NCBI GenBank assembly: GCA_050084515.1
Contig: CM114271.1
Coordinates: 26,102,001-26,166,000 of the forward strand
Length of the DNA: 64,000 nt
Source: Blasia pusilla
Taxonomy: Eukaryota
Reading direction: 5' to 3'
Shown here: piece by piece, positions 26,498 through 39,213 of the stretch
How positions within the stretch are numbered: the stretch's first letter is position 1
How the letters are laid out: each line of letters opens with the position of its first letter
The notes under the pieces: model-generated
Databases searched by the model: none
What the model was told of the DNA's origin: nothing
Seen by the model: the letters and a program-made list of their open reading frames with translations, nothing else
Program-made: the position numbers and the translations under genes

Positions 26498-27569
26498 TAC
26501 TTCGGGTCCCGATCGAAGGAAAAATGCGAAAGGGCGTTTGGAGGAAAGCCAGACTCGGAGTGCGGGAATAAATAGCAGGCAGTCAAGTCCACTTCACTCG
26601 TCTTCGCAACGCACCACCAGAAGATGTGCAGTTCCGGTGGCCCGAGGCAACGCTTCCACGACATACTCAACGAAGCACTCAATTCGGCATCCGAGCACCG
26701 AACGTCCGATGGCAGGGGTTGCTGCTCCGCTCGCTACACCCTTCGAATCCGAGTTTTCTCTACTTACTGTAGTTCACGTTGCAAGCCGATCATGACCGTC
26801 ACATAATTATGAAGAATCCGCTCACTTATCGCCTAAAATATGGCTGTGGCCGCTTGGTTAGATGCGGTTGTTAGCAATATGATGCCAATTCACCGATGAT
26901 GTCAGCTTTAAACGTGCATGGTTCCAAGCGTAGTCGGACATGGCCGTGTAAACCATGACGGGTCATGTCCATCGGCAACTCCATGTCAAGTCACTGCCCG
27001 TCCGAGTTTTAGGAGTCGACCGTAATTGCGTAAACCGCTGAGACACGGGGAGTCGACTGACCGATTGTCTAAAGTCTTAATTGGTTAGAAGATTCGAAGG
27101 TAATGAAAGATCGATATCGAATCGTGACCGGAGGGACTGGAATGCAGCAGCTTCGCATGGTTAATCAACTCTAGCCAGTTCGAGAAGTTGTACGCGCTCG
27201 TCGTTCCTTCTGAAGACGGTGAAGTTCGACCTCGCTTAAATCACACCCCTTGCTTGACAGGCCATATACACAGCTGGGATTCGAAGGAGCTGAAACCGGA
27301 CGGACTACCGCGTATATTTACAAGAAACTGTACTCGGCGCACTTTATTACACATATGTATGTTTTGATTCTTATTGGAGTGACCATGATCACTTGACCGA
27401 CAGCATTGGCCACACGGCTGGGGATCCCCTCTACACATCTATGGTATCTATCTAACCCCGGCGATCACCGAAACAGTAATCGAGTCCTCGGCGAGCCGAG
27501 ATTGCTCGCCCCACTCGTACTCGTACTCGGGCTCTGTCGAGCTCGGTACCTTATTCGTTCCGGCTATGT

Positions 27570-27929
27570 CTAGCAGCCGGTGACATAATCCATCTTGAAC
27601 TGGCATCCATCATTGTATGTCTTCTTCCCGCACAATCGGCAATTCCGGTCCCTCAACTCGTTAAACGCCACGATCATCTCATTCCCACTCAGATCGCAGT
27701 TGGACCCACCCACAAACAGTCCACAGTGGCCCGAGCACACTCCCGTTTCGCCCGCGCTTCCTCCTGTGTAGTAGCGGTTGTCGGGCTGGATCTGTCGTCG
27801 CGCAGCATCGCACTCGCCCTGACTCAGCGTCCCGCAACGGCTGGAGCCGCTGCAGTCCCAGGATTCTTCGGCTGCCTGGGCGACGGCGATGAGGGCCACG
27901 AGGGCAACTGTTGCAGCAAAAAACTTCAT
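27570..27929 (-). CDS. Secreted cysteine-rich KP4-like (killer toxin KP4 family) protein, 119 aa, intact and intronless
   Basis: Signal peptide MKFFAATVALVALIAVAQA; 10 Cys in the mature part; CSGSSRC, CRLCG and C-terminal MDYVTGC parallel Ustilago maydis virus KP4 (CRGSSQC, CRVCG, VNYVNSC, recalled from memory). TATA-like TATAAG ~155 bp upstream. Confidence 0.85.
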   Translation of the reverse strand: MKFFAATVALVALIAVAQAAEESWDCSGSSRCGTLSQGECDAARRQIQPDNRYYTGGSAGETGVCSGHCGLFVGGSNCDLSGNEMIVAFNELRDRNCRLCGKKTYNDGCQFKMDYVTGC

Positions 27930-30900
27930 GTTCGCGGAAGTCCTTGATCGTGCTGCTGCCGCTGGATAAGTAAGTGACTCCGATTCCGAGGAGGATTCTG
28001 CAAGATTGGCCTCAGTTCAGACAGCTCGCAGACAATTCAGCTGATCGTTTAGAACTTGAACGTCTGTCTGAAGGCTGTCCTCCTTATACTATACCTAGCC
28101 GCTTCGGTTCAAGCTGATCGGATCATCGGACCTAAAGAAGTCTCGTCACTCGTGACTTTCGTCTCCACTCTCAAGACTTGGGCAGCCTTCAAAACGTGGC
28201 TCGTTTCTTGATACTTCTACAAGCATGGACACGTGCCAGTCACTTACATATGAGGAAGGATATTCCGCAAACGAAAGTTACATCCCTCGACACCAAATCG
28301 CGCACCGACACGACCAAAAGCAGTGCTTCCAGTGGAAGATGGCGGAGTCCCGCCAATCATATGGCTCGTCTCTCGGAATGCGGTTACATGTAACAACGAC
28401 AGCTGTCCTTTCGGCACCCGGAAATTGTTGAACATTGAAGAGGTACATTGTTGAACACAGCTGTGCGAGAATAGAACATGTGAAGTGTGCAGAGGAGAAA
28501 TAGAAGAAATGTTTTGTGGAAGATGCAAAAATGCTAGTGATGGAAATGAATGGTTTCTCACAAAAATGCTAGTGATGAAATGAATGGTTTCTCACACTGT
28601 ATATTTGTGTGCGGTAATAGAATATGTGAAGTGTGTAAAGTAGAAATAGAAGAAAATTTGTGGAAGATATAAAAATACTTTTGATGGAAATGAATGGTCT
28701 TCGGGTGAATATATTGAAGAGATATGAGAAGAAATGAAACATATGTGGAAATAGTATCATGTATAACCAAATTCTCATTATGAGCAAATCTGAAAGATTG
28801 GAATATGCATTGAGAGGGTTTGAACTTATGAAATAAATTGATCAAAACTACATATATTGTGAGTGTAAGGAGTAGAGAATCAAGGGAAGAGAGAATGTAG
28901 AGTTGAATAGAAAAACCCAGTGTCTACGCACTCAACAATATACTCAAAGGAAGAAAAAACAATGTGTATTAATAGAGAAGGTGTGTGAAACCTATGATGT
29001 AAGAATGAAACATATCAGCAAAAGTGCAAGAAAAGCCAGAGATCGCAAATGGAAGCATGCATGTTCCTAAATATGGAACTCAAACAGAAATAACTGAATA
29101 CTTTCATTGAAGATGCCAAAATTGTGAAGAACTGAGTTCAAATAATGAAAGTCTGAATCTTAAAGACTTAATAGAGCTCATGATTTATACTTGGACTCTA
29201 TAGTATTCTAAAGTACTTGTGAACATATTTTCTTACTCGTATCACCATCACCTAGTGCTTTGTTTGTGGCACTTGGTAAATCTGTGGGAGTAGCACATGA
29301 TTCACTCTTGTTGATCTAGTAGTCCACGGGTCTTTGTCACAAGTCAAGTATTGTCCAATACTACAACTTGGAGTGGTAATGATATGGAATTATGATAAGC
29401 TAATTATACATGAAACCATATGACTCTTGGTCTTACCTCATAACTCTGTCGTGCACCAAGTTGCCAGACTTGGGGAGGTTGGGTGGTGTCACGGAGTTCT
29501 TTCTCCCCGCCAACAAAAGGATGGCCAAGCCCATCCCCAAGGGCAATGGAGGTATTACTTGCATACATTGAGGAGGCCCCAAATCCACCCAAGCTAGGTC
29601 CACTGCTATGCAACTCGCTGTGAACACTATAAGAGCTTGATTCGTCAAGATCGCCATAGCCATATCCATGATACATGTGACTAGTATATTTTTGAAGGGT
29701 TCCAAAACCATATGGTTGGGGTCTTGAGCATCCATCCCAAGTTCAGGCCATAGGGGACATGCCCACATCACATCTCCACACCATATGGAGATGTGATGGT
29801 CTTATCTCTCCACTCAATGACATCATCCCATTCTCCACCTGAAGGACGTTGACGGAGGGGGGGGGGGACTATAACCATGGTGTCTCGGTGTTGGTTGGTC
29901 ATACGGACTCATACCATACGGACATAATCCGTATGGTCATGACAACTAGCATTTGAGGAGTACTACAACAAGAATATGAGGTGTATGGACAACAAGTTTG
30001 TCTGAATTTTAGCTCGGAGTACAGAGTTTGGTTGTAGCTAATTTTTTGTGGAGAGATAGCTATGGTGGTCAATTGAATTTAGGTCGAAACAGATTCAATT
30101 TTGGTCAAGCATTTGTGGAGTAATTGTTGATCGAAATTTTGCGGACTAGCTCAAGGTCTGGCTATGGTGGACAGCGGATCGGAGGGGCTGGTTGGTTGGT
30201 GACTCGTTCGTTGTTGGAGATGCCTATCCCGTTGGTAGCGCCCTGGTTGGGCCTCTCTCCATGGCAAAGCATGGCGAACGGGGCGATAGGGGCATGTCTC
30301 GAGCATTTCTCGGCGTTTTGAGGCTTCGAGGCAACTCGTGGTAGCTCGGGGCGAGTGGGCGTGTGAGGCAGTTTTTGCAGGATTTGTGATTTGAGTGTTG
30401 CATAACTGGTCACGCATCTTTGGGCTATTCTACCTGGAAGACGCTTAACTGCTGAGTTCTTAACTATGCCAGTGTACACACTGATGTAGCTCATTTGGTG
30501 CTGTTCCGAGATGTGTTAGGCGCTTTAAGCATCTGAATTTTTTGGTTGATGGACCTCTAGTGCATAGTATGGTGTAGCCTCTCCATGCAGGTGATATTTT
30601 CAAGTGCTTCGAGTCCGCATAGCATGTCATCGACCCGCGGCGGAGTAGCTTTTGCGTTAGAATTGTGTGGTGGGTTCTGTGGATTGAGGGGGAGCCTCGT
30701 TTGGTGGATTGTGTTACCTTGATTTCCATTTGCGATTGGAGGATGGTCGTTGGACTTCCTGTGTTTGGATCCCCTCCGTCGTTGCTTCTTGCTTGCGCGC
30801 CCATTGTTAGGGTTGACGCTGATTTCCAGAGTAGTGTTTATCCTGTGTGCTACCGGTAGTGAGGGTGGAGTGATGACAAGTAGACCGTGGGAGGCTTCTT

Positions 30901-31559
30901 GTGGTGCTGACAAGTTAGGTTGCCTACACCCATAGCTAGTAGAGCTAGAATAGTACAGCGACATCGACGTCACTTGATTACTTAGTGGTGGTAATTTGAT
31001 GGTGGTGCGGCATCAGCATTGGTCATCACGGAGCTGTCTAGTGGTCTGGTTTGGGACCGTGGTACGGCCAGTGGTGGTTTCACACGAAGTGGATTGAGGT
31101 ATCGGCTACCTTTTCCACTTCCGACGGTTGATGAAGAGGAGGACGAGGGTGTTCCAAACACCGAGTCTTCTACGTTGTTATCGAGTGTTGCAACTCCATT
31201 GATTTGGGACATGGACGGGATATATGGGGCCATGAAGGGCCCACGACGATACTCGGGTGCAGTGGGCACCATTGAGTTGGAGGACTTCATGCAGGAGTTT
31301 GATACGTGGTGTGACATGCTGATGTTGCGGAACGTCATGTTGTTTACACCCTTCTTGGCTTGGAAGGGGTTTTTTCAGCACTTGGAGGCACCACCCATGG
31401 ATGATTACCATGAGTTTAGGAAGGACCATGTTGCTGAGATTGAGGCGTGGAGACAACATTGCTCTCCACGCTATGTGTCTATCACCCATGGTGGTATTGG
31501 TAGTAGTGCTCCTACTATGCCAGCCAGCCCAACGTTGAGTGGTACGAGTACGAGCCGGA

Positions 31560-31620
31560 GTGGGGGTACCAGTGGAGGTACCTATGGAGGTACCAGTGGG
31601 GGTACTAGTGGAGGTACTAA
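31560..31620 (+). repeat. 12-bp tandem repeat (GGTACCAGTGGA-like, ~5 units) encoding SGGT repeats in gag
   Basis: Translation SGGTSGGTYGGTSGGTSGGT. Confidence 0.85.
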
Positions 31621-33930
31621 TGCCCCACCATTGTTCAGCCCGGTTGCAGAGTTTATCAAGAGGTTGAAGAAGAACTACCAGGGAGTGAAGACAAAGAAGT
31701 TGAGGAGTCTTCAGGAATTTGAGCGAAAGACTGGTGAGAGTCTTCGTGAGGCATACACTCGTATGCGATGCTTGATTTCAGTTACCCAGGGTGTGATTGA
31801 GGCTCAGGCAGTCCAGTTTTGGTATGGGATCTTGGATAGATAGTTGCGCCGCAGGGTACGTGATGCTCCTCTTATGAGTGATGATTCACCCACATTGACC
31901 CATATGTTTGCTCTATCTGAGAAGATTGAGCTTAACATGGTGAAGGAGAGAGTGGTGACATCCGCATTCAGATGGGATACAACTAATACTTCTAGTGTTC
32001 AGCAGCCCACCTCACAGTCTCGTAGTGGTGGTGGTGGTAGTAGTAGTGGGAGTCATGGGGGGTACACACGACCTCAGTCAGGTCCTAGAGGGACACTTGC
32101 GTAGAGACCATTTCCTTCATTTTCTGCCCCACACCAAGAACAGTCATGTTGGACATGTGGAGGTGATCATGTTAGGAAGTTTTGTCCCCAAGAGGATGGG
32201 AGACGGACTTTGGAGGATGGGCCTTACTCGGCCCCAACTTAGTGTGATCATTGTGGGAGACCAGGTCATCCTCGAGAGCGTTGCTTTGATCTTCATCTAG
32301 AGTTGAGATCAGGAGCTCTATCACCTCGGCCTCTTGGAGCTACTCCGTGGTGGAGTAGCTCCAAGAGGCCGAGGTGATAGAGATGGTAGGGGTGGTAGAG
32401 GTGGACCAGTGGTTGGAGAGCCTACGATGGCCACCCCTACCACTACGACAGAGTCAGCTATGGCTGCTAGGATTGAGCAGTTGGAGCAGAAGTAGGCTAT
32501 TATGGCTAGTATCTACCATAGATCAAGTTCGGGAGCAGGGGCTTCCACCTCTTATGGAGGGGATGATCTCTCTTATATGGCGAGTGCAGCACAGGTTGAG
32601 GCATCAGCTGCAGTTACGAGAGGAGCCACTCGAGCATCAGAGCCACGTGGTGCTACTATGGAGTTGGATCCACACAGGGGTGAGGCTGGGAGGCAGGCTA
32701 GGCTTCCCCACTCATTCTTGTTTTCTGAGGTGCTTAGGACTCCATCCATGGTTCCTACACATTCTATTGAGCCGACAGTGGGGATTGAGGCATCTACATT
32801 GCGTGTAGTAGACACGGATGCAGCATCTAGTGCAGTATTGCGGATGGCAACTTCAGTGTTGGGATCCCCATTGTTTTCGGCCACGGAGCTGATGGCTGTA
32901 GGAGTTGACTTAGCTCGTGTATTTCAGCTAGCAGCCACGTTGTGTGAACGTAGGGGTTTTATTGCTACACGTGCTGAGGTGGATGAGGATGTTGCGGTCG
33001 GGCGACCCTCTATGTCAAGTGTAGCATTGAGTACGAGTCCTACTTGGCAGGCAACAGCGGCGAAGATGGATGCATTACCAGCCCGGCCAGTCATTGATCG
33101 TGAGAGGCTTACACCTGGTGTATGTATGTTGGACAACTGGAGTGGGATATTACGATTGGTAAGTCCTACAAGACAGGTGTATAGACCAGATAGAGTCTTG
33201 TTAGACTCTGGTGCCCAACCTTTGATATTGGGAAAGGCGGCATGTATTGGTTTGGATATTCGGAGGTCCGAGCTTGAGCCTTGCCCATTCTAGATTCAAA
33301 CATCACTTGGAGGAGCCAATGATAGTTCTCAATTCATGACACGGGAGAAGTTTTTTGTACAGTTGAGACCTGATCATGCGACTGATAGCTCCCGGTTGGG
33401 AGTACCTGTAGTGGTCACATCAGCCGAGTCGTATGATGTACTAGTTGGAGGAGCAGTATTGTACCCGATGGGTTTTCAGATGGATTACTGTACTGAGACA
33501 ACGTCTTATAGACCTGGTTGGCAGTCCGGGGATGGACATATGAGCCAAGTTCCTGTGAGATTTATTTATGGGGCTCGACCAGGAGGGTCTTCCCCAACAG
33601 TGTTAGCATCTGTGGCTGGTTTTAGTGGAGTAGTCACTTGGCCATGAGACTTTTTGGAGGGTAATGTTTCTGCTATGGATTCTCCTATGTATGAGGAGGT
33701 AGAGGAGGTCCCTAGTTTTGCACAGTGGCATCCTCATCGTTGGATGTGCCACTTTTGAGTTCAGGCGTGCACTACGGCAAGAGGCTGATCGCCTAGTGTA
33801 TGAGGCTTGGTGTGAGGCTGTTATAGCTCACGAGGAAGAGGAGGCCCCACGGCGGACTCCTACTTCTGGTCCAGTTGGGTTATCCCCTTTGGATACTACA
33901 CCCATTGTATGGCAGTATCCGCCGGAGGGC

Positions 33931-34880
33931 ATTTGTGTGTTAGATCTCTTTGGTGGGATTAGTACTGGTTTGGCTGCGGTGTTGCAGGCCGGTATTCTTG
34001 TGCAGAGATACGTGTATGTGGAGCGAGATGAGACGGCCCATAGAGTCTCATCCCGACATATTGGTTAGTTGATGTGGAGATATCGTGAGTTTTTGCCACC
34101 ATCAGCTATTCGTGGGTACCAGCGTGCTTTTCCGTCACACATTGCATTGTTGGGGGCGCAGGACTTTGAGAGGGTTGGTCTTGTGGATTTGGTGATTGCT
34201 AGATGGCCATGTCAAGGTTATACACGTGATGGTCGTGGTGAGGGATTACACGACCTTAGGTCTCGATTGTTTTGGGAGATGTTACGGGTGTTACGACATC
34301 TTCAGGTTCATCAGGCACGTTTTCCAGCTTACATTCTGGAGAATGTTCCATTGTTGGGTGACACTCGGACTCGGATGATGGCGAGTGTTCATGAGGTGCG
34401 GTCTTGGATTGGACCAGCTGTGTTGTTGGATGCAGCGCGAGTTGGCTCGCGTGCACATCATCCACGCTTGTGGTGGACAAACTTGTTGCCTAGGGAGGTT
34501 CTCAAGTGGTGAGGGTTATTGATCATCCACGCTTGTAGTGTAGCGGGATCCTTGCCTTACAGTGGATAGTATCTTGGATACTGGGCGACTTTCTCAAGTG
34601 GTGAGGGTTATTGATCGGTCACCCATGGCAGTGGTGAACCGTGTGGGCCAGCCTAGGATGGCACTACCCACATTTGTGAGTTTTCCCTCGTCACATGCCT
34701 ACAGGGAAGGTGGTCGCGGGATTCTCATGTACGACAGTTGGTGGAGCCTAACGCTGATGAGAGAGAGCGTGCGATGGGATTTGCTACTGGTGTGACAACG
34801 GTTGCTTCCATTTCTGAGGCTTCACGACGTCACGTGTTGGGTCAGGCCATGGACCTGAATTGTTTGACTTGGATTTTGAG
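33931..34880 (+). pseudogene. DNMT3-like C5 cytosine methyltransferase domain within Gypsy pol (copy 2)
   Basis: I VLDLFGGI, II YVERD, IV DLVIARWPCQG (PC 34207-34212), RSRLFWE, VI YILENV (34339-34347), VIII AHHPRLWWTN, IX ERERAMGFATGVT, X RRHVLGQAMD; linear, non-permuted order. Confidence 0.92.
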
Positions 34881-37800
34881 TCTTGGTATGGCTGAGCAGC
34901 GTCGACTCCGGACTATGTCTGTGGATCTTCCACCCTTTGTAATGAGCTCGATGGCTACCGGGACGGTAGAGGCATCGGCTGGGGGCGAGGAGAGTAGTAC
35001 TTTGCATCCTTGGAGTAAATGGGATGTGATGGACGGGCATGTGGAGTTGGTTGCTCATGCTGGCGGAGGAGTTATTTGCTCAGATGATGGTGTAGCTAAG
35101 GGTGTACCATCTTATGAGGGGGTTGCGTAGCAGCCAATGGCATCATCCTCTCCCTCTAGTGTGCCAGTGGAAGAGACTTGGGAGCCATTAATTGGGCCCA
35201 AGCTTATGGGAGGTAAGAAATGACGCTTGACACAATTCCTACGTGCTTATAGGAGTTTTTTTGCCTTTAGCATGAAGGAGTTGGGTGCTTTGGTTGGACC
35301 CTGTATACGGATTGATTTGGCTAGTGATACGCCAATCTTTCGTCGTCCCTACCAATATAGTGATATGGAGACGGACTTGATTCAGAGTAGGACGTTGGAC
35401 CTTTTGGAGGCTGGATTAGTGGAGTTGTCGCATGGAGAGTATGCATCAGCCACTATCATGCCTGCTAAAAAGGATATGCATGGCAACTACACGGATAGGC
35501 GGATGTGTGGAGATTACCGTCCTATCAATCGGCAAACCAAGGCCGATAGGTATGCCATGCCTACACGTGAGGAGATCTTTGATGTGGTGGGACAGGCAAA
35601 TATTTTCAGTACTTTGGATCTTCGGGCATGATACCATCAATTGCCGATTCGGGAGAGTGACAAGGCCAAGACAGCATTTTGGGGTGTCAACTCTCATGGC
35701 AAGGATTGTTTGTACCAGTGGAAATTCTTACCCCTTGGGTTGAAGAATGCACTTGCCGAGTTTTAGAGAGTGATGGACAAGATCCTAGCAGGGTTGGATT
35801 TTGTTTGGTGTTACATTGATGATATCTTGGTGTTTGGTAACACGGTGGAGGAGAATCAGATAGATTTGCAGATTGTGTTTGAGCGGTTGAAAGCTCATGG
35901 TCTACGTTTGCATCCAGGAAAGTGTAAGTTCTTCCATGATGATGTTGAGTACTTGGGTCATGTGATCTATCCAGGTGGTTTGGGAGTTCAGCAAGCAAAG
36001 GTGGAGGCTATTGCACTTATTCCGCGTCTGGTAGATGTGAGTAGAGTTCGGGCATTCATGGGATTGGCGAACTACTATTGGAGGTATGTGAAGGGATTTA
36101 GTGCTATGGCAAAGCCTTTGAACCAATTGCTGAAATCAGATCAAGAGTGGCACTGGGGAGATGATCAGGAGAGAGCTTTTGTGGAGCTCAAGGCCTAGTT
36201 GGTGGCGGCGCCTATCTTGAGGAGACCTATCAGAGGGCGCCCATTTCAGTTACACACTGATTGGAGTAGGTTGGGACTTGGAGCGGTGTTGACACAACAT
36301 GATGATGAGCACATGGAGTTTGTGGTGGCCTATGCAAGTCATTCGAATAACGCACCGGCGTCGCACTATAGTTCATATGAGGGAGAGTGCTTGGCAGTAG
36401 TGTGGGTTGTGGCACACTTTAGGTGTTACTTTTTTGGCATAGAGTTTACCCTTGTTACTGATCAACAGCCGCTCAAGTGGTTGATGGAGTCTGAGAAGCT
36501 TACAGGGAAGCTTGCACGGTGGGCTCTTATCTTACAAGAGTATGACTTCCAGGTGGTACATAGACCTGGAGTTGCCAACCTTGAGTTGGGTTGAGTAGGA
36601 ACCCATGTACTAGCCAAGAGGATGTAAGTGGGGCTAGATGGCATGGCGAGGTTGATGAGGAGATGGTGCCAGGTTAGCATGCATCCGCCTTTTTATGTTG
36701 GTTAGGGGTGGACTCTAGTATGGAGGACCACATGACATCTTATTCTAGTCAAAGGGTAGATGGCCAGCCTTCAAATCCTAAGGTTGGAGATGGTGGTACG
36801 GATCAGCGTGATATTCATGATGATGCGTTGGTGTTGGAGTTCCTACGGACCAGTAGGATGCCAGGCATAGTGATTGCCAAGGAGCGAGACCGTGTTCTTC
36901 AACGTGCTAAGAGGTATTGATTGGAGGGAACACATATTCTCCGTGTGTGGGAGGATGGTAGAGTACTAAATATGGATGAGTAGTCTTTGCATTTGGCTCA
37001 AAGAGAGAGTGCATTGTGCAACATGCCCATGAGGAGTTGGGACATTTTGGGATAAAGCGTACGTATAGCTTACTCCTTGGTCAGTATTGGTGGCATGGCA
37101 TGCATACTCAGGTGCAACACTTGGTGTCATGTTGTATGGTTTGTGATCGGGTGAGGGCATCATTCAATGCCCCTACACCTAGGCTCTTGGCTTTGATTAC
37201 ACCCCTTGCCTATTATGGGGTTGGGTTACCGTTGGAGTGTGGACTTTTCTTGGGACCGTTATCTCCGTTGATGATTTCGACATCATCGATATGTGTTGGT
37301 GATGGTGGAGCACTTCTTCAAGTGGATTGAGTTGGTGGCATTACCTGACAAGGCAAGTGAAGGAACGGCGTATGCGTTTCTTGATAGAGTGCTTAGTCAT
37401 TTTGATGCACCAAGATTGAAGTCTTGACCGACCGACCGAGTGGGAGAGTTTCAGGGTGACTTTCAGGTCTTGTGTGACAAGGCGTTGATTGATCATCGGA
37501 CCACGTCTTGAGATCATCCAGAGGCGGATGGTTTGGCTGAGCGTGTGGTTCAGATGGTAAAGAGGGCATTGCGCAAGTATGGCCTACAGAAGGGGCATCT
37601 TGGAGATTGGGATATTCAGTTACCATGATTAGCCATGGGGTATAGGTTCAGTCGCCAAGCATCCTTGGCTTCCTTCTCACCTTATTTTCTGTTATATGGT
37701 CGGTGTCCAAACTTACTAGCAGCAATTTGTCGGGAGTCTAGTGAGGTGGTGAACCTTGATGACCCAGAGATGTGGATGAGTGTGTTCTCAGCGGGCAGAG

Positions 37801-38006
37801 CTCTTTCGGAGAGTTATGCCAACAACCTTTGAGAACCTTGCCATTGCTCAACACAGGGATACGTTGCGGTGTGCAACCATTCGGGATGGAGGTTATCAAC
37901 CATTGATTCATAGGTTCCATGTGAGGGACTATGTCTATTTGCAGTCAGATTGCACCGACAACGTTGGAAGTGACGGCATGCCGCACTATTTTACGAGTGT
38001 GCGAGA

Positions 38007-38080
38007 CACTACGGCCCCACATAAGGTATCGCCTCTACTAGCACACTATACTCTACGACATAATCCATATGGTCATGACA
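38007..38080 (-). repeat. Tip of the Gypsy-DNMT family terminal repeat (segment B), inverted relative to element 2
   Basis: Matches ~7806-7879; begins TGTCATGACC on minus. Confidence 0.8.
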
Positions 38081-38289
38081 GTTGTTCTACTCTCATAGCA
38101 TGAGAGGAACTCCTTTGGAGTCTAATGTCCCAACCTCATCTTCCTCAAGCTAATCCTTATCTTCCTTTTCACCAACCTATGGCCTCACTCTTATCTTTAT
38201 CTCATGTATCTTGTCTTTTCTCTTTTTGGTTGATTCTTTCACACTTATACGTTTCATGTCATAGATTCTAACTTAACTATGACTAACAA

Positions 38290-39213
38290 AAGATGGTTAC
38301 ACAAACACACGCTTTGCCATAAATTTCATCATATTGGGATGCGTCTTAGAATTGAGGAAGGCGTTCCATGCCATGGTTGCCACCAATGCTTTTAGCTAGG
38401 GAGTATTTCAATGGCAGGGATGCAAGGCACACGAAGAAGGCATGAGAGATTGAGACTACTGTGACCAATCACGATTTTTGGATTGAGAGAGAGTAGTTTT
38501 TTGCTGTAGCTCAACCAACTATAATTCTGTTGAGAGAGTATGATGTTCATAAAGCAATGATGGGGCATATTTATTGCCGTATTTTTGAGATAATGGAAGA
38601 GACTCATTCTTTTCCTATGACTCCATGGTCCAGTGTGGATGGAAGACGTCGCGGTTATTTTATCACAATGTCTAGAGCTACAGAGATGGTCGATGTTGTT
38701 TCTAGGCGGTGGACACTTATCCACAACAAGTTACATGCAATAGGCTACATTCTTGCCCCTTACAATCTTCTTGATTGTGTTCAAGACGTCACTTCAAATG
38801 CTAAGTGCATGAGAGATTTCAAACAATATGTGAAACTTTATGCAAAGGGGATGCATGGCCTCAATATGATCGAGGCTAATTCTTATGTGGATACTTGCTT
38901 GCAAGAGTTGGGCAACATTGTGAACCATCAAGAACTATTTGTGGGTGATTTTGGTAGGAAAGTTGTTGATTCACTTAGCCCCTCTGATTGGTGGAGCATA
39001 CATAGTCAAGATGTACCAACATTGCACTTTATGGCAAAATCCATATTTGCACAAGTGGTTTCATCTTCTTCAACAGAGAGAAATTGGAGTAGTTATGGTT
39101 TCATCCACAACAAGCACAGAAATAAATTGACCAACGAGCGTGTGAGGGATTTGGTGTACATCTACAAAAACTCACAATTTGGAGATAAGGATGTTTCTCG
39201 GAAATCAAGATAA
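38290..39213 (+). pseudogene. hAT-family transposase C-terminal remnant (dimerisation domain)
   Basis: TRFAINF (~38307), LHAIGYILAP, DWWSIH...TLHFMAKSIFAQVVSSSSTERNWSSYGFIHNKHRNKL...DLVYI. Confidence 0.88.

Larger units (their letters stand above)
22330..29916. repeat. Left arm of ~7.6 kb inverted duplication (partner 53313-60897)
   Basis: Identical ORFs on opposite strands in the ORF track (e.g. 29433-29771 minus and 53457-53795 plus); boundaries traced by hand. Confidence 0.97.
29945..38005 (+). mobile_element. Ty3/Gypsy retrotransposon carrying a C5 DNA methyltransferase (element 2); near-complete gag-pol, 3'-truncated, pseudogenised
   Basis: gag 31019-32300 with CWTCGGDHVRKFC and CDHCGRPGHPRERC knuckles; protease VLLDSGAQP (~33195-33220); MTase 33931-34880; RT 35227-36198 (YIDD); RNase H 36199-36594 (TDWS, EGECLA); integrase ~37016-38005 (HEELGH...CMVC, GLAER). 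5' boundary uncertain. Confidence 0.92.

Noticed and set aside
29404-29771. ORFs identical in both arms taken as conserved genes
   Set aside because: Identity reflects the recent duplication; no motifs recognised.
33931-34880. Bacterial restriction-modification methylase or host DNMT gene
   Set aside because: It lies between retroviral protease and RT in two elements, with no nuclease partner, no introns and no host regulatory domains.
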